45,081 bases of DNA from Actinomycetota bacterium (GCA_046725875.1 JBKOZJ010000114.1:1-45081), one strand, 5' to 3'. Positions 30,339-40,541 are shown, numbered from the stretch's first letter. Made by a program: numbers and translations. Notes: generated by a model from the letters alone, not told the origin.

Positions 30339-31799
30339 TTATCGGACCTCCCCGGTGAGGAGGTCGATCGCGGCATTGACCGCCTCGGCATGGGATAGAA
30401 ACACCCGAACGCCCGCGTCGACCAGCAGGCTCGCCTGCGCCTCCAGATTCTGCGGATCGGCCCTGGTGCCCACGAGAGCCGCGACGACGGGCGGCACGAT
30501 GTCGCCGGTCTCCAGCGCGGCGTTTACGGCCTCAGAAATGGGGACTGCGGGTGACGGATGCGCGCCGTGGCCCAACAGGACATCGACCAGGACGACACCG
30601 GTGGCCGGATTAGCGAGGTCGCGCCGCAGCTGCTCGGCCCGCAAGGTCGGATCGATCATCGGGTGGGCGCGGCCGGCCGTGAAGCGGTCGTCGCCGAAAT
30701 CCGCTACCAGATGACCGAGGGCGCCGAGATCATCGACGGCAATCGCACCGAGGCGCGCGGTGGCGATGCCGACCGCCTCATCCCTCAGCGTGCCTCCCGA
30801 GTAGAGCCCGCGCAGCGCGCCGCTGCGCCTCGGCAGTGGCTCCGTGGGCATCCATCGGGCCCACATCGGCACCGCCCGACCGAACGCGGTAAGTACCGCG
30901 GTGGCAAGGGCGGTCAGGTCTGGATGGGCGGCGATGTCGTTGCCGGCTCGCCAGCCGTACAACACCGGCTTGGTCAGCCGTGCCGCGCGGTCCCGTACTC
31001 GCGCTGCCACAGCGGGATCCGCTGGCTTGGAGATGATCACAAGGAGTTCGGTAGCGGGATCGCTGTCCAGGAGCTCGAGTGCCCGCAGCGTCGAGATCCC
31101 GCCGACGCTTGCGGCGAGGTCACGACCTCCAACGCCCAGACAGTGGCTCACTCCGACGCCGGCGGCGTCGAGCAGGCACATGACCTGTTGTGCTCCGCTG
31201 CCGGATGCGGCGACGATCCCGACTGGACCGGGACGCACGACGTTCGCGAAGCCGAGGCCGACCCCGGCGACGACCGCAGTCCCGCAGTCGGGGCCCATGA
31301 CGAGCAGGCCACGCTGCTCGGCCTCGCCCTTCAGCCACACCTCCTGCTCGACGGGCATGTTGTCACTGAAGACCATCACGGGCAGCCCCGCGTCGAGCGC
31401 GTCCACGGCTTCGACGAAGGCGTGCCTTCCGGGAACCGAGACCATGGCGAGACTCACGCCATCGAGGGCGGTGATCGTGAGTCGGGCCGCCGGCATCTCC
31501 CCGGTCGCGGGCCCTGCCTTTCCGGCCGAACCAGGTTGGGCGAGCAGTTGGTCTAGGGCCCGCCGAGCTCGGTCCAGATCCGTCGCGTCGCCCACACTGA
31601 GGGCAACCACCAAGTCGTTCGGTCCTGCCCGGACAGGCCGGTCGAAGCCCATCGAGGCAAGCAGCTCGAGGTTGAGGTCGGTCCCCATCGCGACCAATGC
31701 CGCCGATACCCCTTCCAGTGCGGCGAGATCCCGGCTGGCCTGCATGAGAGCGACGGAGTCGCGGTATACGCCGGGGCGTACCTCGACGTAAGCGGTCAC
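30339..31799 (-). CDS. fdrA: FdrA / AllF-like protein (succinyl-CoA synthetase alpha-like fold)
   Basis: YRDSVALM, FSDN, MGPDCGT, GVGGRDL, ISKP, GGTL, HPMIDP motifs; GTG 31799 (alternative ATG 31862). Confidence 0.9.
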   Translation of the reverse strand: MTAYVEVRPGVYRDSVALMQASRDLAALEGVSAALVAMGTDLNLELLASMGFDRPVRAGPNDLVVALSVGDATDLDRARRALDQLLAQPGSAGKAGPATGEMPAARLTITALDGVSLAMVSVPGRHAFVEAVDALDAGLPVMVFSDNMPVEQEVWLKGEAEQRGLLVMGPDCGTAVVAGVGLGFANVVRPGPVGIVAASGSGAQQVMCLLDAAGVGVSHCLGVGGRDLAASVGGISTLRALELLDSDPATELLVIISKPADPAVAARVRDRAARLTKPVLYGWRAGNDIAAHPDLTALATAVLTAFGRAVPMWARWMPTEPLPRRSGALRGLYSGGTLRDEAVGIATARLGAIAVDDLGALGHLVADFGDDRFTAGRAHPMIDPTLRAEQLRRDLANPATGVVLVDVLLGHGAHPSPAVPISEAVNAALETGDIVPPVVAALVGTRADPQNLEAQASLLVDAGVRVFLSHAEAVNAAIDLLTGEVR

Positions 31800-31864
31800 G
31801 GCTTCGGAGACCTCGTGTTCTTCGCCCTGCAGGCCCGCGCCGGTGCCTGGCGGACCGGGCATGG

Positions 31865-32818
31865 CTAGCTACTCGGGTCGCGTTGCCCGAGGAGGGCCCG
31901 CCCGGCGGCGAGCACACCGCAGGCCGTGTCATAGCCGGAGGTGTGGCCGACCGCCAGCAGGCGCATGAGAGCGGGGGACAGGGGCCGCCGCCCGCACAGC
32001 GAATTGAGCACGGCGGTGACCTCGCCCGCCGCCTCGCCCCGCGCGGCGTGGCCGAGGAGCGCGGCGGACAGGGTTGCCGTCCGGGTCGGAGCGTCGACCA
32101 GTACGCGCGTGGCGATGGTGTCCCTGATCACGGAGACCGGCGGCTGCCCGCGACTGGCCTGCCGTTGCAGCTCCGTCCCGCGGGTCCAGTCAAGATGGTG
32201 CAGCCCGACGAGCATGCCGGCGAGGACGTCGTCGCCCGAGGGGGTCAACCCCTGGCCGAGGCCGAGCAAGCCAAGGGTGGCCTCCTCCGCAATCCTGGTG
32301 TCCCTGGTGCGTACCGCCGCCTCCAGCCGGCGCAGGCCGTCGGCGACGACCCGGAGCAGCCGGTGCTGCTGTACGGCGAGCCGGGAGGAGAGCGCGGACA
32401 GACCCCGGGCGAGAACGGTTGCATCCGGCGGGGGGGCGGGTGGCATCGGCAACCACCACCGCCCCGCCTCGACTCGGAGCCGGCCGGCCGCGACCACGCC
32501 ACGCCCGGCGGAGGCCCCATAGCTGGCGTGCTGCGCCGCTATCTGCATGAGGTCAGGTGAGTCACTCCCGAGGACTACCGCGCACGGCAACCGCACCGAT
32601 GCCGTACCCACCAGCGCCACCACGACCCCATCCCCGGTCGTGAGATAGATGGCACTGGGGAAGACCGCGAGCAAGGCGAGCGGTCTGGGCTGACCGAGCA
32701 GCAGGGGCCGGATGGCGATGCTTGCGGCGCCAGTGACCGTGATCGGCTGAGCCGAGCGGAGCGGGTCGATCTCGGCTGGAGCGTGCGAAGTCTCCTGCTG
32801 GGTGAGCACAGCGGTCAC
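31865..32818 (-). CDS. DUF2877 / YlbF (AllH-like) protein
   Basis: LLGLGQGLTPSGDDVLAG and VGHTSG motifs; start uncertain (32818 chosen; ORF open to 32938). Confidence 0.88.
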   Translation of the reverse strand: MTAVLTQQETSHAPAEIDPLRSAQPITVTGAASIAIRPLLLGQPRPLALLAVFPSAIYLTTGDGVVVALVGTASVRLPCAVVLGSDSPDLMQIAAQHASYGASAGRGVVAAGRLRVEAGRWWLPMPPAPPPDATVLARGLSALSSRLAVQQHRLLRVVADGLRRLEAAVRTRDTRIAEEATLGLLGLGQGLTPSGDDVLAGMLVGLHHLDWTRGTELQRQASRGQPPVSVIRDTIATRVLVDAPTRTATLSAALLGHAARGEAAGEVTAVLNSLCGRRPLSPALMRLLAVGHTSGYDTACGVLAAGRALLGQRDPSS

Positions 32819-33058
32819 CGGGGCACACCCCCATGAGGTTGGCTTCGCTCCATCTGCACCACCTCCCAGGCGGGCCCCGATTTCCTCGCCCTGCTGCGCG
32901 TCGCCCGAACGCAGCCGGCTAGGCTCTCGCTCGCCCACGCAGCGCTGCTACCCGGACTGGCCGCGGCTCGTGCGGATCGACGCGCAGTTCGCCGCTTGCA
33001 AAGGGCGAGTAAATCATCGGCCTCCCAGGCAAGCTAATGAGGGGAGTACCGTGCCCAC

Positions 33059-34705
33059 ATGGGCAAAGTTGCCAATGCTCCGGGCCAACCTTCGCTGGAG
33101 TTGCCAGGTCTGGGGACCGGTCTGACCGTCGCCGAGGTGTTGGAGCTTTCGTCGCTGAGCGGCTCGAAGGTGCTCGCCGGCGAGGCCGGCCTGAGCCGGA
33201 TCGTCCAGAAACTGAATGTGATGGAGGTCCCGGACATCCTGCCCTGGGTCAAGCCGAATGAGTTGATGCTGACGACCGGCTATCCGCTCCGGAACACGCC
33301 ACAGGATCTCGCTGATCTCATCGCCGATCTCGACGCGCGCGGCCTGGTAGCCATCGCGATCAAGCTTGGGCGTTATATCGACGAGTTGCCTGACGGAATG
33401 CTCGTCTCGGCAGACCGGCTGGGTTTCCCCGTGATCCGGCTCCCGGACACGGTCAGCTTCGACGATGTGCTCAACCAGGTTCTGACCGAGATCCTCAATC
33501 GGCAGGCGGCCGTTCTGGAACGGACGGAGCAGGTGCACCGCGCCCTGGTCCAGATCGTCCTCGAGGGCGGCGGACTGCAGGAGGTCGCCGACGAGCTGAC
33601 CCGCCTGTTGGGCGGACCGGTGTGCGTGACCAATCCGTCCGGACGGGTCCTCGCCGCGTCCGGCGAAGTCCCGTTGCAGGAGAGCGCTCTCCTCCAAGGC
33701 GGCGCCGGGCTCCGGCCCTATCGGGGCTCATCCGCGGCGGTGGCGCCGATCGTGGCGGGGTCATTCGACCACGGCCGGTTGGTCGCGCTCCCCGGCGATC
33801 ACGACCTTGGCTCGCAGGACGTGCACATCCTGGAGCGAGCCGCAACGGTGGCCGCGCTGGTGATCACAAAGCAGCTTGCGGTAAGTGCAGTCGAGAGCAA
33901 GTACCACGGTGACTTCCTGCGGGACGTTCTGTCCGGTCGCACCACCGAGGTGTCCCGGGTCGTGCAGCATGCCTCGTCTCTCGGGTGGGACCTCGACCGC
34001 CCACTCGCCGTCGTCGTCGCGGAGATCGACGGCGACGCCGCCAGCAGGGGCGCTCAGGACCGGCTCGCCAGTGCGTGGACCGGCGCGGTCCGGGCCAGGG
34101 ATCCACGGACCGCTGTGGTGGGCTACGCCAGCGAGGTAGCGGTGCTGCTTCCGGTCCCGATCGAAGCGCTCCAGCGCACCGTCCGCCAGCTTGCGAGCAC
34201 GGTCGCCGCCGATATGTCGGCGGTCAAACGAACATTCAGCACCGGTGGTAGCCGGGTCAGCTCCAGCCCGGCCGGGCTGCCCGAGGCCTATGAGCAGGCA
34301 CGCCAGGCCCTGCGGGTCGGCCGGCAGCTCCACGGCCCGGGCGCCGTCGCCATGTTCGACGAACTCGGTGTCTACCGGCTGCTCGCCCTGGTACCCGACG
34401 GTGCCGAACTTCGCTCATTTGTCCGAGAGACGCTTGGGCCACTGAGTGAGCAGGACGACAACGAAGCCCGTGACCTGCGTCGCACACTGCAGGTCCTGCT
34501 TGACACGAACCTCAACGTCGCGGAGACCGCTCGCACCCTGCATTTCCACTACAACACGTTGCGCTACCGAATCGGCAAGCTCGAGCGGATGCTCGGCTCC
34601 TTCACGACTGATCCGCACCTACGGCTCAACCTCGCGCTCGCGCTCCAGGTCGTGCACATGCGCGGAATCGGTGGACTCGCAGCTACCGAAGCCGGCCGGG
34701 CCTGA
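33059..34705 (+). CDS. PucR-family transcriptional regulator
   Basis: N-terminal PucR ligand domain (LAGEAGLSR..NVMEVPD...ELMLTTG), C-terminal HTH (NVAETARTLHFHYNTLRYRIGKLE). Confidence 0.94.
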   Translation: MGKVANAPGQPSLELPGLGTGLTVAEVLELSSLSGSKVLAGEAGLSRIVQKLNVMEVPDILPWVKPNELMLTTGYPLRNTPQDLADLIADLDARGLVAIAIKLGRYIDELPDGMLVSADRLGFPVIRLPDTVSFDDVLNQVLTEILNRQAAVLERTEQVHRALVQIVLEGGGLQEVADELTRLLGGPVCVTNPSGRVLAASGEVPLQESALLQGGAGLRPYRGSSAAVAPIVAGSFDHGRLVALPGDHDLGSQDVHILERAATVAALVITKQLAVSAVESKYHGDFLRDVLSGRTTEVSRVVQHASSLGWDLDRPLAVVVAEIDGDAASRGAQDRLASAWTGAVRARDPRTAVVGYASEVAVLLPVPIEALQRTVRQLASTVAADMSAVKRTFSTGGSRVSSSPAGLPEAYEQARQALRVGRQLHGPGAVAMFDELGVYRLLALVPDGAELRSFVRETLGPLSEQDDNEARDLRRTLQVLLDTNLNVAETARTLHFHYNTLRYRIGKLERMLGSFTTDPHLRLNLALALQVVHMRGIGGLAATEAGRA

Positions 34706-34772
34706 TCAGGAGCTTTATCACCGGTTGCGGGCCGGCCTGCCGCGCCGCCCGTGCGGCGGGGAGACAACGGAT

Positions 34773-34892
34773 TCCGTTGGAGGCTCGCCCACCACCTACG
34801 CCGAGAACATCGGCGTCATGGCGGCGATCAGGGTCTACTCCCGGCCCGCCGGGCCGAACCGTTGCCTGATCGGCATGGTCGCGGGGAGGATC
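34773..34892 (+). pseudogene. Remnant of an NCS2 (UraA/PyrP-type) nucleobase permease
   Basis: SVGGSPTTYAENIGVMAAIRVYS carries the NAT signature (E. coli UraA TTYGENIGVMAITRVYS); LIGMVAGRI follows 8 codons later; no flanking permease sequence. Confidence 0.85.
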
Positions 34893-34930
34893 ACCAGGGT
34901 GAGGTTGAGGATGAGGGCGGGCGGCGCCAC

Positions 34931-35836
34931 GTGAAGCCGGCACCGTTCGGCTATTACACACCGGCGACCGTGGACGAGGCGCTGGATGTCCTCTCGCAGA
35001 CCGAGGGGAAGGTGCTGGCGGGCGGGCAGAGCCTGATCCCGATCCTCAACATGAGGCTGGCCGAGCCACCGGACCTTGTCGACATCAACCGCTTGGACGA
35101 GCTGTCGTACATCAGTAACGAAAACAGCGGGATCCGAATCGGCGCGCTTGCCCGGCACAGTGAGGTAGAGCGCGACGCGGAAACGGCAGGCCGGCTCCCG
35201 CTGCTAAGGCAGGCGCTGCGCCTGGTCGCGCATCCGGTGATCCGCAATCGGGGAACCGTGGTCGGCAGCCTCGTTCACGCGGATCCGGCGGCCGAACTCC
35301 CGGCAGTTCTTGCGCTCCTCGGCGGGTCGGCGACCCTCGCGCGCCGTGGCGGGGCCCCGCGCACGGTGCCCGCGTCCGACTTCTTCTTGGGGCCGCTCGA
35401 GTCCGCGACCAAGCCGGGTGAGCTGGCAGTTTCCGCCTCCTTCCCGATTCCGGCCGGGCAGGTCGGCACCGACGTTACTGAGGTCTCCCGACGCCATGGT
35501 GACTTCGCCTTGGCTGGTGTGGCAACGCTGGTCGCGGCCGGCGCAGGAGGCGTGGTCGAGCGGGCCCGGGTTGCGTGCTTCGGCGTCGGACCGATCCCGG
35601 TCGTGGTCGACGTCACGGAGGCTGTTCGGGGCGTCGCCCGCGGTACATCGCCCGGAAACGGTTGGTCCGCCGCCGTCGACCTCGTCCGCGCTGCGGTTGA
35701 CCCGGACGACGACATCCACGCCACTGCCGCTTACCGACGCCATCTGGTTGGGGTGCTCGCCGCCCGGTCGTTCCGCACTGCCTTGTCCCGCGCCCAGGCG
35801 GCATCCGCAGACGACACCCGAGGGGAGCAGCAGTGA
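34931..35836 (+). CDS. Molybdenum hydroxylase FAD-binding subunit (CoxM/CutM-like)
   Basis: KPAPFGY, AGGQSL, IRNRGTVVGS, HADPAAE, RRHGDFA, DDIHATAAYR; GTG 34931. Confidence 0.94.
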   Translation: MKPAPFGYYTPATVDEALDVLSQTEGKVLAGGQSLIPILNMRLAEPPDLVDINRLDELSYISNENSGIRIGALARHSEVERDAETAGRLPLLRQALRLVAHPVIRNRGTVVGSLVHADPAAELPAVLALLGGSATLARRGGAPRTVPASDFFLGPLESATKPGELAVSASFPIPAGQVGTDVTEVSRRHGDFALAGVATLVAAGAGGVVERARVACFGVGPIPVVVDVTEAVRGVARGTSPGNGWSAAVDLVRAAVDPDDDIHATAAYRRHLVGVLAARSFRTALSRAQAASADDTRGEQQ

Positions 35837-36429
35837 TGTCGAATACCTGGTGGGGAGGACCCCAGACCGCCGCGACGTCAAGTACCGCGGGGGGACCCAC
35901 CTCGGCCGCTGCGCCCATCGGCGTCGCGGCGGGCGAGCGGATCGACGTCACCGTCACCGTCAACGGTGCCCGCCGAGCAGCACGCGTCGAGACACGCCGG
36001 CTGCTCTCCGACTTCGTCCGCCACGATCTGGGCCTGACCGGGACGCACGTCGGCTGCGAGCACGGCGTCTGCGGGTGCTGCACGGTCTTGCTCGACGGCC
36101 AACCGGTCCGCTCCTGCCTCATGCTCGCGGCCACCGCGGACGGTCACGAGATAACGACGGTGGAGGGCTTGGCCGCGCCGGACGGCGAGCTGAGCCCGGT
36201 GCAGCAGGCCTTCATCGAGTGCCACGGGCTGCAATGCGGCTTCTGCACGCCGGGCTTCCTCACGGCTGTGACCGCCCTGCTCGCCGAGAACCCGGCGCCG
36301 ACCGACGACGAGATCCTCGAAGGGATCTCCGGAAACCTGTGCCGGTGCACCGGCTACCAGAACATCCGCGCCGCGGTCCGGCGTGCGGCGGAGCTTGCGG
36401 CGGGAAGACGTGAAGGCGGCGGTTCGTGA
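35833..36429 (+). CDS. Molybdenum hydroxylase 2Fe-2S subunit (CoxS/CutS-like)
   Basis: GCEHGVCGCCTV..SC, QCGFCTPG, NLCRCTGY. Confidence 0.95.
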   Translation: MMSNTWWGGPQTAATSSTAGGPTSAAAPIGVAAGERIDVTVTVNGARRAARVETRRLLSDFVRHDLGLTGTHVGCEHGVCGCCTVLLDGQPVRSCLMLAATADGHEITTVEGLAAPDGELSPVQQAFIECHGLQCGFCTPGFLTAVTALLAENPAPTDDEILEGISGNLCRCTGYQNIRAAVRRAAELAAGRREGGGS

Positions 36430-38858
36430 CCACCCGGATGTTCGGTGCGCCGGTACAGCGCCGGGAGGATCCCCGCCTGGTCGTTGGCGAGGGACGGTAC
36501 GTCGACGACCTAGCGCCTACCGGCGCCCTCGCCGCCGCCTTTGTACGGAGCCCGCACGCCGAAGCGCAGATCGTAGACGTGGATGTAGGTAATGCGGTAG
36601 ACGTTCCTGGCCTGGTCGCGATCTATACGTATGACGACCTGGATGGTCGGCTAACCGAACCGCTGCCGCTTCTCATCCCGCATCCCTCGCTGACCCATCC
36701 GCGCACCGGTTACCCACTCGCGAAAGACGCGGTGCATCACGTCGGCGAGGCGGTCGCGATGGTGGTGGCCACGGACCGCTACGCGGCCGAGGATGCGGCT
36801 GAACGGATTCGGATCTCGTACGACCCGCGGCCGGCCGTGGTCGGCGTCGCGGCGGCACGGCGAGCCGAGCACCTCGTCCACGAGGACGTCCCGGGAAACG
36901 TCGCCGCACATCACGTCGAGCAGAACGGCGACGTCGATGCCGCGCTCGGCGCTGCACCGTATGTGCTCGACCTAGACCTCACCGTGGAGCGCTCCGCTTC
37001 CATGCCGTTGGAGGGCCGCGGTGTGGTCGCTCGGTGGGAGCCGGACGAGACCCTCCGGGTCTATTCGGCGACTCAGACGTCGACCAGCGTGCGGGCGGCG
37101 CTGGCCGCCAAGCTCGAACTGCCGCTCGACAAGGTAGAGGTCATTGCGCCGAATGTCGGCGGTGGATTCGGTGTGAAGATCGTCCACCCGTGGCCCGAGG
37201 AGGTGCTTGTCCCGTGGGCGGCGCGCCGTCTCGGTCGGCCGGTCACTTGGACCGAAGACCGGCGCGAGCACTTCATCGCGGCCGCGCATGAGCGTGAGCA
37301 GGAGCATCACGTCACCGTCGGCTTCGACGCCGAGGGCCGGATCCTCGGCCTCGACGTCAAGGTCTGGCACGACAATGGCGCCTACACGCCATATGGCGTA
37401 ATTGTGCCGATCATCACTTCGACGCAGCTGCTGGGCCCGTACAAGCCGGGCGCATATCGGGCGGAGTGGTGGAGCCTCTACACCTCGACCGTCATCGTCA
37501 CTCCTTACCGCGGAGCCGGCCGCCCACAGGGCGCGTTCGCCATGGAACGAGCGGTGGACGCGATCGCGGACTACCTCGGTCTGGACCGGACGGAGGTGCG
37601 GGTGCGCAACTTCATCCAGCCCAGCGAGATGCCTTACGACCAAGGCCTCACCTTCCAGGACGGGCGACCGCTGATCTACGACTCGGGCGACTATCCGGCA
37701 CTGCTCGAGAAGCTCAAGAAGCTCGTCGGGTGGGACGACTTCGAGACCTTCCGCGAGCAGGCCCGCGCCGACGGACGCCGGGTCGGCATCGGCATCGGCT
37801 GTTATGTGGAGGGCACCGGCGTCGGGCCGTACGAGGGCGGGCACGTGCTCGTCGAGCCGAGTGGCCGTGTGCGGGCGGCGACCGGGCTCACCAGCCAGGG
37901 GCAGGGGCACCAGACGATGCTCGCGCAGATCGTTGCGGACGAGCTTGGGGTGCCGTTCTCGGACGTCGACGTCGTGACCGGGGACACCCGGCGGTTCCGC
38001 TACGCCGTCGGCACCTTCGCGTCTCGTACCGCCGTGATGAGCGGCAACGCGGTGGCCCTCGCCGCGCGTGCGGTGCGGGCGAAGGCGCTGCGGATCGCTG
38101 GGGAGGCGCTCGAGGTCGACCCGGCCGACCTCGAGCTCATCGACGGCGTCATCTCGGTTCGGGGCAACCCGCAGGCACAGATCGCGTTGTCGACCGTTGC
38201 GGTGCTCGCCAACCCACTGCGTTATGCCTTCGACGAGGCGGCGCGGGCGGCGACGCAGTTCGCCGGGGCGGACGTGAGCCGGCCACCGGTCGAGGACGAC
38301 GATGAGCCTGGTCTCGAGGCGACGGACTACTACTCGCCGGTGCGGTCGACGTTCGCCGCCGGCATACACGCCGCCGTCGTGGACACCGACCCGGAGACCG
38401 CGGAGATCCGCGTCCTCAGGTACTGCGTGATTCACGATTGCGGCCGAGTCGTCAACCCGCGAATTCTCGAGGGCCAGATCCACGGCGGCGTGGCGCAGGG
38501 CATTGGGGGCGCGCTCTACGAACGGATGGCGTACGACGAGCATGGCCAGCTGCTCAACGCCTCCTTCATGGACTTCCTTATGCCGTATGCAACCGAGGTG
38601 CCGCTGGTCGAGATCGACCACATGGAAACGCCGTCGCCGCTAAACCTGCTGGGCATCAAGGGCGCGGGTGAAGCCGGGGTCATCCCGGGAATGGCCGTGC
38701 TGGCCTCGGCGATCGAAGACGCGGAGGGAATCGTCATCAACAGGATGCCGATGTCGCCGTCCGAGCTGTTCCACCTGCGGGAGCGCGCGGCCCGTGGCGA
38801 GGTGCCTCTTCTGCGCCGGGTTTCTGGGAGCCATGACAGCGGAGGGGAGTCGCGATGA
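36426..38858 (+). CDS. Molybdenum hydroxylase large subunit (xanthine oxidase family, CoxL form II-like)
   Basis: GGGFGVK, PYRGAGRP, GQGH, GTFASR, QIHGGVAQG, KGAGE motifs. Confidence 0.95.
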   Translation: MTTRMFGAPVQRREDPRLVVGEGRYVDDLAPTGALAAAFVRSPHAEAQIVDVDVGNAVDVPGLVAIYTYDDLDGRLTEPLPLLIPHPSLTHPRTGYPLAKDAVHHVGEAVAMVVATDRYAAEDAAERIRISYDPRPAVVGVAAARRAEHLVHEDVPGNVAAHHVEQNGDVDAALGAAPYVLDLDLTVERSASMPLEGRGVVARWEPDETLRVYSATQTSTSVRAALAAKLELPLDKVEVIAPNVGGGFGVKIVHPWPEEVLVPWAARRLGRPVTWTEDRREHFIAAAHEREQEHHVTVGFDAEGRILGLDVKVWHDNGAYTPYGVIVPIITSTQLLGPYKPGAYRAEWWSLYTSTVIVTPYRGAGRPQGAFAMERAVDAIADYLGLDRTEVRVRNFIQPSEMPYDQGLTFQDGRPLIYDSGDYPALLEKLKKLVGWDDFETFREQARADGRRVGIGIGCYVEGTGVGPYEGGHVLVEPSGRVRAATGLTSQGQGHQTMLAQIVADELGVPFSDVDVVTGDTRRFRYAVGTFASRTAVMSGNAVALAARAVRAKALRIAGEALEVDPADLELIDGVISVRGNPQAQIALSTVAVLANPLRYAFDEAARAATQFAGADVSRPPVEDDDEPGLEATDYYSPVRSTFAAGIHAAVVDTDPETAEIRVLRYCVIHDCGRVVNPRILEGQIHGGVAQGIGGALYERMAYDEHGQLLNASFMDFLMPYATEVPLVEIDHMETPSPLNLLGIKGAGEAGVIPGMAVLASAIEDAEGIVINRMPMSPSELFHLRERAARGEVPLLRRVSGSHDSGGESR

Positions 38859-39499
38859 AGGTGACCGGCAGCGCGATCCTGAGCGCGCCGCGCGATCGTG
38901 TGTGGGCGGCGCTTAACGACCCGGCGGTGCTCGTGCGGACGATCCCCGGCTGCCAGCGGCTCGAGGCGGTCGGACCAGACGACTACCGCATGACGGTCAG
39001 CGCGGGCGTGGCGTCCATCAAAGGCGTGTACGACGGTGAAGTCCGGCTATCCGACCAGCGGCCACCGGAGGCTTTTGTACTGAAGGCCCGCGGCGCCGGC
39101 GGTCCCGGAACGGTCGACGCGACCGCCCGCGTCACGCTCACCGAGGACGGTGACCAGACCCAGGTCTCTTACAACGCGGACGCCATCGTCGGCGGCATGG
39201 TCGCGGGCGTGGGCCAGCGCATGCTAACGGCCGTGGCGAAGCGGACGGCGGGTGAGTTCTTCGCCAACGTCGATGACGTCCTGGGCGGCCGCGCGCCGGG
39301 CGGTGTGACTGAGGAGTTGCCGGCAGGAGTCGCGGCAGCAGGCCAGCCGGTGACGACGCAGACCCCGAGCGCCGGCGTCTACGTAGCACCACCGAAGGCG
39401 CGGCAGCTCGCTTCGCCCGCGCTCATCCTCGGTTCCGCCGTGGTCGGTGCCATCATCGCGCTGGTAGGAGTATGGGTCGGCTGGGCCCTGGCGTCCTAG
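38855..39499 (+). CDS. CoxG / SRPBCC protein with C-terminal membrane anchor
   Basis: VWAALNDPAVL..TIPGC, GGMVAGVGQR, hydrophobic C-terminal helix. Confidence 0.9.
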   Translation: MKVTGSAILSAPRDRVWAALNDPAVLVRTIPGCQRLEAVGPDDYRMTVSAGVASIKGVYDGEVRLSDQRPPEAFVLKARGAGGPGTVDATARVTLTEDGDQTQVSYNADAIVGGMVAGVGQRMLTAVAKRTAGEFFANVDDVLGGRAPGGVTEELPAGVAAAGQPVTTQTPSAGVYVAPPKARQLASPALILGSAVVGAIIALVGVWVGWALAS

Positions 39500-39592
39500 C
39501 GACGTCCCCCAGATCACCGCCCATTGCAAAAGAGAGGCGCATCTTCCTTCTCGAAGTGGCGAGGTTGCCTCCGCAGGTACTGGCCGCCTTGA

Positions 39593-40541
39593 TGCCGTAA
39601 CGACCCGCTCTTCCCGAATGGCCTCAACGACATCAACCCCGTCCCGGCATTGCAGTTCGGCGAGACGGCGATCGACCTGACGAAGGCAGGTGTCTTCCCC
39701 ACGGGAACGTGCGCGGCCTTCGGAAGCGCGATGGTGAGGAGCCGCTCCGCGGCGTCGTTCACTTCGGAGATCAAGGACTTCATCGCCCCGATCCCGGTGA
39801 ACATCTCCAACTGCGGCAACGTCAACATCATCAAGCACACCGACCCGAGGGGAGTCAACCAGAACTTCAGTTACACATCGACTATTCCGAACCCGGCGAA
39901 CCCGAACGCCAATCCGCGCACGCCGCAATGCTCGAACGACGCGACGCCGTCTGGCTTCACCCTGAACGACCACGCGGGTGTCGACCCGTCGCCGATCACC
40001 GGCACGGACAACACCGAGCACTGCACGAACGTGCCGGCGGGGAGCTACACCGTCACGGAGAGCACCCCGCTGCCGGCCAACTTCGTGTTGGAGAGCCTCA
40101 CCTGTACGGCAGACAACGGCGGGAGCGGCAGCCAGGATGCCACCAACCAGTACCAACTCGAACACGGTCACGACCGATTCGAACGGCACCGCCTGTGTTG
40201 ACGGTCTCGCGTTCGGCACCTACACGGTCACCGAGACGCAGGCACCGCCGGGATTCGTCATCGACGACACAACCGGCCACCCGGTGACGGTCGATAACAA
40301 TGCGCTGTGCAGCGACAATCCATATGTGGGTGAGACAACCTCCTTCACCGACACCCCGACCGCGGACATCCAGGTGAACTTCCGCGACGGTGGCTCAGGT
40401 GAGACGAGCGGGACGATCACCTGTGACAACACGACGGGTACCGGCGACAACACTCCCGCAACGGGTTGGGAGACCTCCCGGACCGTCACCGGGGTGCACG
40501 CACCCACCACCGTCACCTGCACCATCGTCATCGACCCGTGA
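39593..40541 (+). pseudogene. 5'-truncated, frameshifted Thr/Asn-rich surface protein with SpaA/prealbumin-like Ig modules
   Basis: Frame A (to ~40156): FGETAIDL...KDFIAP...NVPAGSYTVTE; frame B (~40155-40541): TTDSNGTACVDGLAFGTYTVTETQAPPGF; in-frame stop at 39590, no start or signal peptide. Confidence 0.75.

Noticed and set aside
34446..34934. 162-aa ORF as a real gene
   Set aside because: 5' half is an alternative frame of pucR; only the NCS2 scar portion is meaningful
223..38621. Many long antisense or alternate-frame ORFs (e.g. 8743-10410, 19437-20636, 36972-38621)
   Set aside because: Shadow ORFs expected in high-GC DNA, overlapping well-supported genes
34931..38858. Aerobic CO dehydrogenase (form I)
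   Set aside because: Lacks the AYxCSFR motif
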